The position numbers were made by a program, and so were the translations under genes. DNA of 59,814 bases, the filler included. It is 3 parts of 3 records of this genome, joined end to end, with 100 filler letters (N's around TTAATTAATTAA, not from the genome) between each part and the next. Parts side by side here need not be neighbours in the genome. Positions count along the whole stretch, not along the records: positions 29,308 to 48,362 come from SRR22947725_2178; positions 48,463 to 59,814 come from SRR22947725_2198; 1 more part is not named here. One strand, given 5' to 3'. Below are positions 46,143 to 56,751 of this stretch, piece by piece. The notes beneath the pieces were generated by a model. It was not told where the DNA came from and searched no databases. It saw nothing but the letters and a program-made list of their open reading frames with translations. How positions within the stretch are numbered: the stretch's first letter is position 1; the number at the start of each line of letters is the position of its first letter.

Positions 46143-47482
46143 GTTGCGGTTCCGTCAATGATGCTGGCACCAAGCTGGTTCATGCCGCTGGCAAATCCGG
46201 GAAAGCTTGTTTCGATGGTGGCACAGCCGGTTACAGTGATTGGATGTTCGGCAACAAGGCCAAGCGTCAGAAATGACATGGCGATTCGGTGATCATGCTG
46301 CGCTGAAAGGGTTGCCCCGCCGGTTATGGTGCTGGTGGAAACGCGCATTGAATCATCATCATAATCAACGGTGACGCCGCAGGCGGCAAGGCCATCAGCC
46401 ATTACCTTGATGCGGTCGGTTTCCTTGACGCGCAATTCGGCAACGCCAAGCATTTCGGTTGTGCCGTTTGCGGTTGCGGCGGCGACTGACAGAATTGGAA
46501 ATTCATCAATCATCGAGGCCGCACGTTCGGCCGGAACGGTAATGCCTTTCAACTGACTATGCCGGACGCGCAAATCAGCAACGGCCTCGCCGCCTTCAAT
46601 CCGATCATTGCTTTTGACAATATCGCCGCCCATTTCGATAAGGGTTGTCAAAAGGCCGGTTCGAAGCGGGCTCATGCCAATACCAACAAGCGTGATATCG
46701 CTTTGCGGGGTAATCAGCGCCGCAACAATGGCAAACGCGGCAGAAGATGGATCGCTTGGCACGATGATATCAGCGGCGCGAAGTGTTGCCTCACCTGCAA
46801 GCGTAACATGATGCGCCCCATCGGCGTCGATATGCTGCTGAACCGATGCGCCAAAATGCCGAAGCATTGACTCGCTGTGATCGCGTGATGCGCGCGGTTC
46901 GATGATATTTGTGGTGCCACGCGCGTTCAGCCCGGCAAGCAAGATCGCTGATTTGATTTGTGCTGAGGCCACTTTTGAGCGATGTCTCAACGCCATTAGA
47001 TTTGTCGCCCCCTTGATGGTGACGGGCAGCAAGCCACCGTCACGGCAGGTGATTTCAGCGCCCATTTCGGCAAGCGGATCGGTAATCCGCGCCATTGGCC
47101 GCACGCTAAGCGAGGCATCGCCGCAGAATGTTGCCGTGATGTTCTGACCGGCAACAACCCCCATCAACAGGCGCGCACCCGTCCCCGAATTGCCAAGATT
47201 AAGCGGTGTTGTAGGCGAAATCATGCCATGCAATCCAACGCCGGTAATATGCCAAACGCCGCCGGCATCACGCTCGATGCCGGCACCAAGCGCCACAAGT
47301 GCGTCTTTTGTCGACATGACATCAGCGCCTTCAAGAAGGCCGCGAACCTTGGTTGTGCCAATCGCAAGGCTGCCGAAAATCAGTGAACGATGCGAGATGG
47401 ATTTATCACCCGGAATGGGCACTGAGCCCACAAGCGGACCGGCTTTTCTCGAAACAAGTTGATCATGCGGATGAGGTGACAT
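46139..47482 (-). CDS. aroA: EPSP synthase
   Basis: PGDKSISHR, GNSGT, SAQIKSA, RDHSE, KETDRI, DHRIAM. Confidence 0.98.
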   Translation of the reverse strand: MSPHPHDQLVSRKAGPLVGSVPIPGDKSISHRSLIFGSLAIGTTKVRGLLEGADVMSTKDALVALGAGIERDAGGVWHITGVGLHGMISPTTPLNLGNSGTGARLLMGVVAGQNITATFCGDASLSVRPMARITDPLAEMGAEITCRDGGLLPVTIKGATNLMALRHRSKVASAQIKSAILLAGLNARGTTNIIEPRASRDHSESMLRHFGASVQQHIDADGAHHVTLAGEATLRAADIIVPSDPSSAAFAIVAALITPQSDITLVGIGMSPLRTGLLTTLIEMGGDIVKSNDRIEGGEAVADLRVRHSQLKGITVPAERAASMIDEFPILSVAAATANGTTEMLGVAELRVKETDRIKVMADGLAACGVTVDYDDDSMRVSTSTITGGATLSAQHDHRIAMSFLTLGLVAEHPITVTGCATIETSFPGFASGMNQLGASIIDGTAT

Positions 47483-47736
47483 CAAAAGGCCTTTTACGAT
47501 TTGCTAATAGGAAGTTTTGCCCCGTTAATTTCGGTAACGGCAGCTTGTAACATTTTTCTAGGGTGCTAAGCAATCAGCGCCATACAAATGCCGAATCCTT
47601 TTGATAGTAAGCCAGCGTGAAAATAAAATTTGGAAACCGGCAGAAAATTATTTTGACAGCTTGCAAAATTTGTTTCAAATCCCCTAAAGATGAATAGTCC
47701 TTATTTTTGACGGTTAAGTACAGGGGATTAAAAAGA

Positions 47737-48123
47737 ATGGCAAAGGTTGAGCTTGGCTTGAAGCGTACCTGTCTATCATGTGATATGCGCTTTTATGATT
47801 TTAAACGTAGTCCCATTATTTGTCCGGGCTGCGGCACAGAATTTGATCCGGAAAATCTTTTAAAAAGCCGTAAAAGCCGGGCTGCGCCGAAAAGCGCGGC
47901 GAAGGCAGATGTGTCTGATGATGCTGATGATCTGGATGAAACAGAATTTGACTATGAAGACGTGAATGTTGCTGTCACTAAAGACGATGATGATGACGAT
48001 GATATGGATTTTGACGAAGATGATGTTGATGTTGATGATACGGACGGTCCGGGAATCATTCAGGACGATATCACTGATGGCGACGAATTATTGCCCAACC
48101 TAGATAATAAGGATGATCAGTAA
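47737..48123 (+). CDS. TIGR02300 (FYDLN acid domain) family protein
   Basis: MAKVELGLKRTCLSC..RFYD....ICPGCG plus acidic tail; divergent from aroA. Confidence 0.92.
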   Translation: MAKVELGLKRTCLSCDMRFYDFKRSPIICPGCGTEFDPENLLKSRKSRAAPKSAAKADVSDDADDLDETEFDYEDVNVAVTKDDDDDDDMDFDEDDVDVDDTDGPGIIQDDITDGDELLPNLDNKDDQ

Positions 48124-48332
48124 GCATCTTGCCTGCTTGATGCTGGCAAATTTGATTGGTTTGGCGGCGGTGCCATAAAAAACCCGCCGCCAGACAAAAA
48201 TTTGCTTGCGCAGGGTGTCGCCCCTGCGATACACATCCCTCGCAGCGTTTTCTGCACTGCACGAATTGGAACTGAATTGGCGTTTTGGCGATGCCCCTTA
48301 GTTAGGGCATTGCAGGTCAGACACGGTACCAA

Positions 48333-48362
48333 GGGGCTATAGCTCAGCTGGGAGAGCGCTAC
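48333..48362 (+). tRNA. tRNA-Ala, 5' fragment truncated by contig end
   Basis: GGGGCTATAGCTCAGCTGGGAGAGCGC is a canonical tRNA-Ala 5' end; anticodon not visible. Confidence 0.88.
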
Positions 48363-48462
48363 NNNNNNNNNNNNNNNNNNNNNNNNNNNNNNNNNNNNNN
48401 NNNNNNTTAATTAATTAANNNNNNNNNNNNNNNNNNNNNNNNNNNNNNNNNNNNNNNNNNNN
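48363..48462. other. Artificial contig spacer
   Basis: N44-TTAATTAATTAA-N44. Confidence 0.98.
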
Positions 48463-48492
48463 CCTTTGCTCTACCAACTGAGCTAAGGTACC
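48463..48492 (-). tRNA. tRNA 5' fragment, probably tRNA-Phe
   Basis: Reverse complement GGTACCTTAGCTCAGTTGGTAGAGCAAAGG; anticodon not visible. Confidence 0.75.
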
Positions 48493-48513
48493 ATTGCTTT
48501 TTTTTTGCAAGAG

Positions 48514-48544
48514 CAAATATAAATTCTTTTATTAGAGAAGCAAA
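48514..48544 (-). promoter_or_regulatory. Bacteroidota housekeeping promoter for the tRNA
   Basis: TTTG-N19-TATATTTG matches the -33/-7 consensus TTTG...TAnnTTTG. Confidence 0.75.
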
Positions 48545-48592
48545 AAATCATTAAATAAATCTTCTTTATTTTTAGACTTAAATACAAATAAA

Positions 48593-49315
48593 TTGAATTT
48601 AGTAGTAGATATAGGGAATTCCTCGCTTAAAGTCGCGATCTTTGATAAAAAATTAATGACAAGTAAATTCATTTACACCAATCAATCATTAAATATTTTT
48701 TCAGACCTTTTCAAAAATAACGTTATTGATAATTGTCTTATATCTAATGTTTCAACTATTGATAAAAATATTTTAGATTTTTTAAAAATCAATTCTAATT
48801 TATTTTCTATAAATGAATCTATTAATTTACCATTCATTAATTTATACAAAACTAAAAACACACTAGGTCATGATCGAATAGCACTTGTAAGTGCAGCAGC
48901 AATTGATTTTCCAGATCAAAACATATTAATTATTGATACAGGAACTTGTATTACGTATGATTTTAAAAACAGTGAAAACGAGTATTTAGGAGGTGGAATT
49001 TCACCTGGAATTCAAATGAGATTTAAATCATTAAATTCGCAAACATCTAAACTTCCTTTGTCAACAATTAATCTAGACTATAAATTAATTGGTGATGATA
49101 CAAATAGTTCAATCAACTCAGGTGTTGTACACGGGGTTATCTCAGAAATTAATGGTATAATTAATCAGTATCAAGAAAGGTTTAAAAACATTAAGATAAT
49201 TTTAACAGGAGGTGATTCTAATTTTTTGCTCAAGAAGATAAAAAATACCATCTTTGCTGATCAAAATTTCCTTCTTAAAGGATTAAACTATCTTTTAGAG
49301 GATAATATTAAATAA
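48593..49315 (+). CDS. coaX: Type III pantothenate kinase
   Basis: VDIGNS, LGHDR, IDTGTCIT, GGGISPG, LTGGD. Confidence 0.95.
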   Translation: MNLVVDIGNSSLKVAIFDKKLMTSKFIYTNQSLNIFSDLFKNNVIDNCLISNVSTIDKNILDFLKINSNLFSINESINLPFINLYKTKNTLGHDRIALVSAAAIDFPDQNILIIDTGTCITYDFKNSENEYLGGGISPGIQMRFKSLNSQTSKLPLSTINLDYKLIGDDTNSSINSGVVHGVISEINGIINQYQERFKNIKIILTGGDSNFLLKKIKNTIFADQNFLLKGLNYLLEDNIK

Positions 49316-50571
49316 TGAAAAAACTTTTATATACTATTTTATTTTTAGTTATCACCTTAAATACTTATTCTCAATCGGGTACTTCATCGCCCTATTCTTT
49401 TTATGGGGTTGGTACTAGTACTTTTAAAGGTTCTATTGATAACAGATCAATGGGCGGATTAAGTGTTTATTCAGATAGTATTAATTTAAATTTAACAAAT
49501 CCTGCTTCTTTATCTGAATTAAAGAGAGTTAATTATTCGCTAGGAATAACTTATGACAATTTAACTTTTAAGTCTGAAAATGCTAATGAGAACTCAAACA
49601 GCTCTAATGTTAATTATTTAGCCGTTGCAATACCAACTAAACACTTTACATTTGCTTTTGGTGTAATCCCACAAACTTCAGTAGGTTATCTTTTAGAAAG
49701 TACAGATGAGACTGTTATTCCAAATGTTATAGATAGATACAGAGGAGAGGGTGGTGTTAATACTGCTTTTTTATCTTTTGGTTTCAAACTTTTTAATAAG
49801 ATAAGCGTTGGACTAACAACTAATTATGAATTCGGAAATTTAAATCATATAACTACTCGATTTTTAGAAGATGTTGAGTTAGCTACCAGACTTGAGAGTA
49901 ATTCATCTTTAAGTGGTTTAAATAATGTTTATTCTCTAATGTACAGAGAAAAAATTTCAAATAAATTAACATTACATGCCACATATGTATCTAGTCAAAA
50001 ATTTGAGTTGACCTCTAACAATACTCAAACTTTATCTACATATTCATTAACCTATCAGTATGGTGGTGATGAAGAACAAATAGATTTAGGTGCATTGAAT
50101 TTAGAAAAAACAGAAATTACAGTTCCTAAATTTCAAACATTTGGACTAGGATTTGGAGTCGATACTAAATGGTTTTTAGGAGCTGAGTATAAGTTAGTTG
50201 AAGGAGGAGGATTAAACAATAAATTATTTGATCTTGATGATGTTGAATTTAAAAAAGGTTCTAAATTATCAATGGGCGGTTTTTATATACCTAAATATGA
50301 TTCTTTTACCAGTTTTTTCAGTAGACTTGTTTACAGAGGAGGTTTTAGAATTGAAGACTCAGGTCTTCACATAGACAATCAGTCAATTAAAGAGGTCGGG
50401 TTTAATTTTGGATTCGGAATCCCTTTTCAAGGATTTTCAAGTATTAATTTGGGATTTGAAGTTGGTAAAAGAGGAACTACAAACGCAGGTTTAATTCAAG
50501 AAAACTTTTTTAGTGTTAGACTGGGTATGTCTTTAAGTGATCTTTGGTTTGTAAAAAACAAATACAATTAA
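49315..50571 (+). CDS. Outer-membrane beta-barrel protein (FadL-like Bacteroidota family)
   Basis: Signal peptide; SPYSFYGVG...SMGG...NPA; C-terminal WF.K.KYN. Confidence 0.8.
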   Translation: MKKLLYTILFLVITLNTYSQSGTSSPYSFYGVGTSTFKGSIDNRSMGGLSVYSDSINLNLTNPASLSELKRVNYSLGITYDNLTFKSENANENSNSSNVNYLAVAIPTKHFTFAFGVIPQTSVGYLLESTDETVIPNVIDRYRGEGGVNTAFLSFGFKLFNKISVGLTTNYEFGNLNHITTRFLEDVELATRLESNSSLSGLNNVYSLMYREKISNKLTLHATYVSSQKFELTSNNTQTLSTYSLTYQYGGDEEQIDLGALNLEKTEITVPKFQTFGLGFGVDTKWFLGAEYKLVEGGGLNNKLFDLDDVEFKKGSKLSMGGFYIPKYDSFTSFFSRLVYRGGFRIEDSGLHIDNQSIKEVGFNFGFGIPFQGFSSINLGFEVGKRGTTNAGLIQENFFSVRLGMSLSDLWFVKNKYN

Positions 50572-50620
50572 TAAATTGGGCATCGTTTTTGATTTCATCA
50601 ATAATATGTAATAAAACACA

Positions 50621-52009
50621 ATGAAAAAAGTTATATTTTTTAGTCTTATATTCTTAATTTCTTTAACTACTTTTTCTCAGTCAAAAGAAGAATGTTTTTC
50701 AAACCTTTCAATTTTCGCAGAGTATGCTAAAGTTAAAAACTACAAAGAAGCATATCAGCCTTGGCTAGACTTAAAAAGTGAGTGTCCTGATATAAATTCT
50801 GCAGTTTATGTTTTAGGTGAAAGAATGCTGAAATCTTTTATAAAAACATCTGATGGTGATGTTAAACAAAAATATAAAAATGATTTAGTTAATCTATACG
50901 GTGAATGGTTAACCTATTTTCCTAAAAATAAAAGAGGAGTGAGTGAGGTTGGTAAGATTCTAGCTATAAAAGCTCAAACTATGATTGATTACAAATTGGC
51001 TGAGGATAGTGAGATATTTGAAATATACGACCAGGCATTTAAAAAAGACTCGAAAAGTTTTAAATCTCCAAAAGGTTTATACAATTATTTTAAAATATAC
51101 TTTAGACTATACAAAGATGGTAATAATGATGTATCCTTAGAGCAGGTTTTTGATAAGTATGAAGAATTAACTGAAAAATTTGAGTTTGAGATGGGAGCTT
51201 ATACATCTAAGTTGGATAAACTATTACAAAAAGAAAATAATAGTGATCCATTAACATCTAGAGAGGTTAGAAACAAGAAGGTTTATGAAGTTAATATGGT
51301 TGCTTGTAATACTTATTTAAACAATCTTAATGCTATAATTGCAAAGGAATCTACCTGTGAAAACTTAATTCCATTATACAGAAAAAACTTTGATAAATTT
51401 AAGTCTGATTCAGTTTGGCTAAACAGAGCTGCTAGTAGAATGGATAGTAAAGATTGCTCAGATGACCCATTATTCGTTGAGCTTGTTGAAGCTTTACACG
51501 AATTAAATCCTTCTGCAAATTCAGCATATTATTTAGGGTTGTTAAATGATAAAAAAGGAGATACTAAATTAGCAATACAATACTACAATGAATCTATTGA
51601 TTTAGAAACTGACAATTTGAAGAAAGCTAAAACACTTTATAAAATTGCAATTAAGTTCAAGAAATCTGGACAATTCTCAAAATCTAGAACATATGCTAAT
51701 AAAGCTTTAGTATTTCAACCTTCCATGGGAAGAGCATATTTGCTTATTGCTAATTTGTATGCTAGTAGTGCAAATAATTGTGGTAAAACTCAGTTCGAAA
51801 AAAGGTCCATTTATTGGCTTGCTTTGAAAGAAGCAAAAAAAGCAGCTTCTGTCGATGCCTCTGTAAGAGAACTTGCTAATAAAACAGCTATAAGCTATGA
51901 GGGAAGAGCACCATCTAAAACTGATATTTTTAGTGAAGCAATGAGTGGTAAAACAATTTCTTTTAAATGTTGGATAGGTAAATCAGTTACCGTACCTTCA
52001 TTGAACTGA
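50621..52009 (+). CDS. Secreted TPR-repeat protein
   Basis: Signal peptide; TPR-like helices (AYYLG...AIQYYNESIDL). Confidence 0.8.
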   Translation: MKKVIFFSLIFLISLTTFSQSKEECFSNLSIFAEYAKVKNYKEAYQPWLDLKSECPDINSAVYVLGERMLKSFIKTSDGDVKQKYKNDLVNLYGEWLTYFPKNKRGVSEVGKILAIKAQTMIDYKLAEDSEIFEIYDQAFKKDSKSFKSPKGLYNYFKIYFRLYKDGNNDVSLEQVFDKYEELTEKFEFEMGAYTSKLDKLLQKENNSDPLTSREVRNKKVYEVNMVACNTYLNNLNAIIAKESTCENLIPLYRKNFDKFKSDSVWLNRAASRMDSKDCSDDPLFVELVEALHELNPSANSAYYLGLLNDKKGDTKLAIQYYNESIDLETDNLKKAKTLYKIAIKFKKSGQFSKSRTYANKALVFQPSMGRAYLLIANLYASSANNCGKTQFEKRSIYWLALKEAKKAASVDASVRELANKTAISYEGRAPSKTDIFSEAMSGKTISFKCWIGKSVTVPSLN

Positions 52010-52539
52010 TGAATTTTTTAAGATTTTTAGTATTTTTTTTTCTTTTTTCGTGTGAAGATAATTTTCAAGAAATACAAAACATAAATAGCAAAAACACTTT
52101 ACCCGTAGGTATTACTGAAAATTTAAAATTAATATATACTGATTCTGCAAAAGTTAAAGCTATTCTTTACTCTAGCTTAAACAAAGATTTTACCAATAAA
52201 ATTTTTCCTTATTCAGAATTTCCAAATGGAATTAAAATAACATTTTTTGATAAAGATAATAATGAAACAAATGTTATTTCTGATTATGCAATAATGTATA
52301 GTAAAACTAATATTGTTGACATGAAAGGAAATGTAATTATTAATAATTATGACGGTTCTGAACTCAAAACAAGTCAATTGTTTTGGGATCCTGACCAAGA
52401 ATGGTTGTTCACAGAAAAAAAATTTACATTTAAAAATATTGATTATGATATTGCAGCTACAAGATTAGATGCTAATAGATCATTTACTATATTTAACACA
52501 GGAAAACTCGACGGTAAAGTATTAGTTGAAGATAATTAA
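52009..52539 (+). CDS. lptC: LPS export periplasmic protein LptC (lipoprotein)
   Basis: Lipobox LFSC; EFPNGI, L.TSQLFWD; conserved Bacteroidota context. Confidence 0.85.
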   Translation: MNFLRFLVFFFLFSCEDNFQEIQNINSKNTLPVGITENLKLIYTDSAKVKAILYSSLNKDFTNKIFPYSEFPNGIKITFFDKDNNETNVISDYAIMYSKTNIVDMKGNVIINNYDGSELKTSQLFWDPDQEWLFTEKKFTFKNIDYDIAATRLDANRSFTIFNTGKLDGKVLVEDN

Positions 52540-52546
52540 TGAATTT

Positions 52547-52735
52547 ATGAACAATTACAGAAGAATTTCAGAATACATATATTTAGTCATTTCCTTTGTT
52601 TCAATATTTGAATATTTTTTTGGTGACAATTCATCTCAAAAAAGCAATATTTTTTTAATATTGGCTATATTTTCATTTGGAATGTTTTTGTTTCGCAGAC
52701 ACTACAGAATTAAATTTAAAAACAGAAGAAAATAG
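52547..52735 (+). CDS. Small two-helix membrane protein
   Basis: Two hydrophobic segments and a basic C-terminus. Confidence 0.7.
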   Translation: MNNYRRISEYIYLVISFVSIFEYFFGDNSSQKSNIFLILAIFSFGMFLFRRHYRIKFKNRRK

Positions 52736-52740
52736 ATTTA

Positions 52741-54006
52741 ATGGATAATCATTTTTTAGTTATTCTTATTTCTATTGTTTTTTCAGGCTTTTTCTCCGGC
52801 ATGGAGATTGCGTTTGTTTCAACCAACAAAATTTTTTTAGAAATAGAAAAAAAACAAAAAGGTTTAGTTTCTTTTTTTATTAAAAAAATCACCATAAATC
52901 CCTCAAAATTTATTACCACAATGTTACTTGGTAATAATATTGCTTTAGTTATTTACGGTATATACTCAGGAAGGTTAATTATTAATGTTTTTTTTCCTGA
53001 ACTTATTAATGAAACTTCAATTGATTTTAAATATATCTTTTATCAAACATTGATTTCTACTCTTGTTATTTTAATAACTGCTGAATTTTTGCCTAAAGTT
53101 TTTTTTCAAATTTACGCCAATAGACTTTTTAAATTATTTTCTTTTCCAGCTTTTATTTTTTATTATTTATTCTCACCATTAACCTTTGTATTTAATTCGA
53201 TTTCTGATTGTGTTTTAAATAAGTATTTTAAAACTAAAAAAGATGAATTAAAAATGGTATTTAGTAAAGATGAGTTGGGAGATTATATTAATCAAGAGAT
53301 AGGTGCTGATAATGAAATGGAGTTAGATTCAGAAATTCAAATTTTTCAAAAAGCTTTAGAATTTTCTAAGGTAAGAGCTAGAGAAATAATGATTCCTAGA
53401 GCTGAAATAGTTTCGGTTGACAGGTACGTAACTCCTTCAAAATTGAAAGAAATTTTTATTAACACAGGCCTTTCAAAAATATTAGTTCATCAAGAAAATA
53501 TTGATAACATTGTTGGTTATATAAGTATTCAACATATGTTTAAGGATTTTAAAAAATTTAAATCACTAATAATTTCGATTGAATTTGTGCCTGAATCTAT
53601 GTTTATTAATGACTTATTAAATCTTTTAACTAAAAAACGAAAGAGTGTCGCGGTTGTTATTGATGAATACGGAGGAACGTCTGGCATTATAACTGTTGAA
53701 GATATAATTGAAGAACTAGTTGGTGAAATTGAGGATGAACATGATTCTCCAAAACATCTAGAAAAAAAATTAGGAAATAATTACTTTAGATTATCAGCAA
53801 GGGTGGAAATTGATTATTTAAATAAAAAATTTAAACTAAATATTCCTGTAAGTGAACAATATGAAACTTTGGGTGGATTTATTATTAGTTTGAATGAGAA
53901 AATCCCCGAAAATGATGATAAAATATTTTACAATAACTTGATGTTTAAAATCATTAATGTGTCAAGCTCAAAAATTGAGATTGTTGAATTAATTATTGAA
54001 GATTAA
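52741..54006 (+). CDS. HlyC/CorC (CNNM + CBS + CorC) family membrane protein
   Basis: FFSGMEIAF, AEFLPK, VIDEYGGTSGIITVEDIIEELVGEI. Confidence 0.93.
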   Translation: MDNHFLVILISIVFSGFFSGMEIAFVSTNKIFLEIEKKQKGLVSFFIKKITINPSKFITTMLLGNNIALVIYGIYSGRLIINVFFPELINETSIDFKYIFYQTLISTLVILITAEFLPKVFFQIYANRLFKLFSFPAFIFYYLFSPLTFVFNSISDCVLNKYFKTKKDELKMVFSKDELGDYINQEIGADNEMELDSEIQIFQKALEFSKVRAREIMIPRAEIVSVDRYVTPSKLKEIFINTGLSKILVHQENIDNIVGYISIQHMFKDFKKFKSLIISIEFVPESMFINDLLNLLTKKRKSVAVVIDEYGGTSGIITVEDIIEELVGEIEDEHDSPKHLEKKLGNNYFRLSARVEIDYLNKKFKLNIPVSEQYETLGGFIISLNEKIPENDDKIFYNNLMFKIINVSSSKIEIVELIIED

Positions 54007-54074
54007 TTTTAAGAGTTTAACTTTTTTTAATTCCTAAGTATATTGTATTTTCGTTTGCTACAAAAAAATAAATT

Positions 54075-56201
54075 ATGGCTATTCTAGGACAAATTCGATC
54101 TAAATCTATTTTTTTAATTATTGTGATAGGTTTAGCTCTGTTTGCATTTGTAATTTCTGGTGTTTTTGACGGTAAAGGTTATCAAGCTCAACAACCAGTA
54201 GGTGTTATTAATGGTGAGGAGGTATTAATAGAAGACTTTAGAGGACAAGTTGACTTTTTAGAAAGAAACTACAATCAACAGGGAATGATTGCTGTAAATA
54301 ATGTTTGGAATCAAAGGTTAAGATCTGAAATTTTAAGACAACAATTTGAAATTTCTGGAATTCAATCTGGTAAAGATCATTTGCAAAATATTTTAAAAAA
54401 CAACCCTACTTTTAATTCAGATCCGCAATTTTTGAATGAAGCTGGAATGTTCGATATAGATAAATTTAAAACTTTAATTATTGAACTAAAGACAACAAAT
54501 CCAGAAGCTTACGAGCAATGGAAAAGTCAAGAAAAGATTTTCGAATCTCAATCTAATGAACAGATATATTTAAACTTAGTTAATGCTGGTGTTAATTACA
54601 CTCAAGCAGACGGTAAATTTGAATATACATTACAAAATGACAATGTAGACATTGAGTACATTCAAATTCCTTATTCGTCTGTTGAAGACTCATTAATCTC
54701 TTATTCAGAATCTGACTTAAAAAAATATATTAATAATAATGAAGATGAATTTAAAGTAAATTCTTCTCGTGACATTGAGTATGTTATTTTTGAAGAAAAA
54801 CCTTCTTTTGATGATGAAAAAGCTGTAAAAAATCGTTTAAGTAAATTTTTAAAAGAGTCAAAAGAATTTAATCAGGTGTCAAAATTGGAAGAGATTACCC
54901 CAAGTTTAACAACTGCTAAAAATATTAAAGAGTTTATTAATGAATATTCCGAGTCTAGTTTTGATTCAATTTATTTACCAAAAGGCTCTCTTCCAGCTGA
55001 TCATGCAAATTTGCTTTTTAATTTAAATATTGATCAAACGTATGGACCCTACCTTGACGGAGGGTATTTTAAAATTTCTAGAATGTTGGATAAAAAAACA
55101 GGAGGATCTGTCAGAGCTAGTCATATCCTTGTTGCATATAAAGGATCTAAAAACGCCAATCCTAATGTTTCAAGATCTAAGAATGAAGCTAAAAAAGAAG
55201 CTAATAATATTTTAAGAAAAATAAGAAAATCCCCAAAAAGTTTTACTGAATTAGCCTTTGAGTTTTCTGATGGACCATCAAAGTCTAGAGGTGGAGATCT
55301 AGGGTTTGTTCAAGATGGTAATATGGTTAAGCCTTTCAATGATTTTATTTTTTCAAAAAGAATTGGTTCTACTGGAGTTGTCGAAACTGATTTTGGTTTT
55401 CATGTTATAAAAGTAGTAGCTAAAGATGACTTAGTTTTACTTGCTTCAATTACTGAAAAAAATGTTCCCTCTGACGCGACAAGCGATAAAGTTTTTAATT
55501 CAGCAACAAAATTAGAAATGAGTTTATCTAAAGATGAAGATTTAAATACTTTATCTAACAAAGAAAATTATACTGTTAAAACAGTAAATGGAATCCAAAT
55601 ATTAGACAACGATTTTCCAGGATTAAAAGACCAAAGAAGAATTGTTCAATGGTTGTTTAATGAATCAACTAATGTGTCAGATTTTAAAAGGTTTGATTTG
55701 CCAAAAGGAGGTTATTTAATAGCACAAGTCACTAAAATAGTTGATGAGGGACTTTCTAACGTCCAAGATGTTTCTTATAAGGTACTTCCAATGGTTTTAA
55801 AATCTAAAAAAGCTGATTTTATAATCAGTAAAAACGATAATTCTCTTAGTCTTGAGGAAATTGCTGAGATTAACGGAACTGAAGTTAGAAAGGCACTAGC
55901 ATTAAATCAAAAAAATGCAACAATTACTGGTTCAGGTTTAGAACCTTTAGTTATAGGGGCTTCTTTTGGTACTAATATTAATGAAACTTCAGATTTTATT
56001 ATAGGAGAAAATGGAATTTATAAATTAAAAGTTATTAAAAGAAAAGATACTAACACAAATTCTGATTCAATTGATTCAAATTTCATTATTTCTTATAAAA
56101 ATCAGTTATTAAATTTAAATAGAACTTCATCTTTTGCAAGAGTTTACGAATCTCTAAAAGAAAATGCGGAGGTTACAGACAATAGATCAGTTTATTATTA
56201 A
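54075..56201 (+). CDS. ppiD: Peptidyl-prolyl isomerase with SurA N-terminal domain (PpiD-like)
   Basis: N-terminal membrane anchor; parvulin motifs RASHIL, GGDLG, ETDFGFHVI. Confidence 0.88.
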   Translation: MAILGQIRSKSIFLIIVIGLALFAFVISGVFDGKGYQAQQPVGVINGEEVLIEDFRGQVDFLERNYNQQGMIAVNNVWNQRLRSEILRQQFEISGIQSGKDHLQNILKNNPTFNSDPQFLNEAGMFDIDKFKTLIIELKTTNPEAYEQWKSQEKIFESQSNEQIYLNLVNAGVNYTQADGKFEYTLQNDNVDIEYIQIPYSSVEDSLISYSESDLKKYINNNEDEFKVNSSRDIEYVIFEEKPSFDDEKAVKNRLSKFLKESKEFNQVSKLEEITPSLTTAKNIKEFINEYSESSFDSIYLPKGSLPADHANLLFNLNIDQTYGPYLDGGYFKISRMLDKKTGGSVRASHILVAYKGSKNANPNVSRSKNEAKKEANNILRKIRKSPKSFTELAFEFSDGPSKSRGGDLGFVQDGNMVKPFNDFIFSKRIGSTGVVETDFGFHVIKVVAKDDLVLLASITEKNVPSDATSDKVFNSATKLEMSLSKDEDLNTLSNKENYTVKTVNGIQILDNDFPGLKDQRRIVQWLFNESTNVSDFKRFDLPKGGYLIAQVTKIVDEGLSNVQDVSYKVLPMVLKSKKADFIISKNDNSLSLEEIAEINGTEVRKALALNQKNATITGSGLEPLVIGASFGTNINETSDFIIGENGIYKLKVIKRKDTNTNSDSIDSNFIISYKNQLLNLNRTSSFARVYESLKENAEVTDNRSVYY

Positions 56202-56689
56202 ACTAAGATTATCGTATAAACTTTATAGAAGTATATTCCCAGGAAAACAGTTGAAATAATAAATTTTAAAGCTGTTCCTATAGCTAGTCCTATAAATGTT
56301 CCTAATGCAGGCTTTAAAGCCATTTTAAAGTTAGTTTTGTCCATAAATTCACCGCTTAATGCGCCTAGAAACGCTCCAAGAATTAATCCGAATGGCCCAC
56401 CGATAAAAAGCCCAAGAATTAATCCAATTGTAGCTCCTATTAATCCGTTTTTAGAGCCCCCGAGTTTTTTTAATCCAATTATTGGAATAAAAATATCTAA
56501 TAAAAAAACAATAAAAGCTATTAGAAAAGTAGTTATTAATAACTTATTACTAAAAGGTATATATGACGTAAAATGAATTATTAAAATACCTAGCCAACTT
56601 GATAAAGGACCAGGAATTATTGGAGTAAAGCTTCCTATTATTCCAGTTATACATAGAATTAACCCTAATATTAAAAGAAAAACATCCAT
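56198..56689 (-). CDS. DUF456-family membrane protein
   Basis: GSF.PIIPGP, GGSK.G..GA..G pattern. Confidence 0.85.
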   Translation of the reverse strand: MDVFLLILGLILCITGIIGSFTPIIPGPLSSWLGILIIHFTSYIPFSNKLLITTFLIAFIVFLLDIFIPIIGLKKLGGSKNGLIGATIGLILGLFIGGPFGLILGAFLGALSGEFMDKTNFKMALKPALGTFIGLAIGTALKFIISTVFLGIYFYKVYTIILV

Positions 56690-56751
56690 AAAATTTTTAA
56701 ATAGATTATTTATTTAAAATTATACTTAATTTTAGAATAAATAAATTAAAC

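Noticed and set aside
48162-48191. GGCGGCGG/CCGCCGCC hairpin after the TIGR02300 gene as a terminator
   Set aside because: Long loop and no T-run on the plus strand; function unsupported
29475-48332. Numerous overlapping 60-200 aa ORFs in contig 2
   Set aside because: Alternate-frame artefacts within well-supported housekeeping genes
1-48362. Virus as a prophage of the adjacent alphaproteobacterium
   Set aside because: A synthetic spacer separates them; the virus has archaeal-type signals and lacks GATC, which is abundant in contig 2; no integrase or att site is visible
48333-48492. Two tRNA fragments as halves of one split tRNA
   Set aside because: Both are 5' ends, on opposite strands, from different organisms
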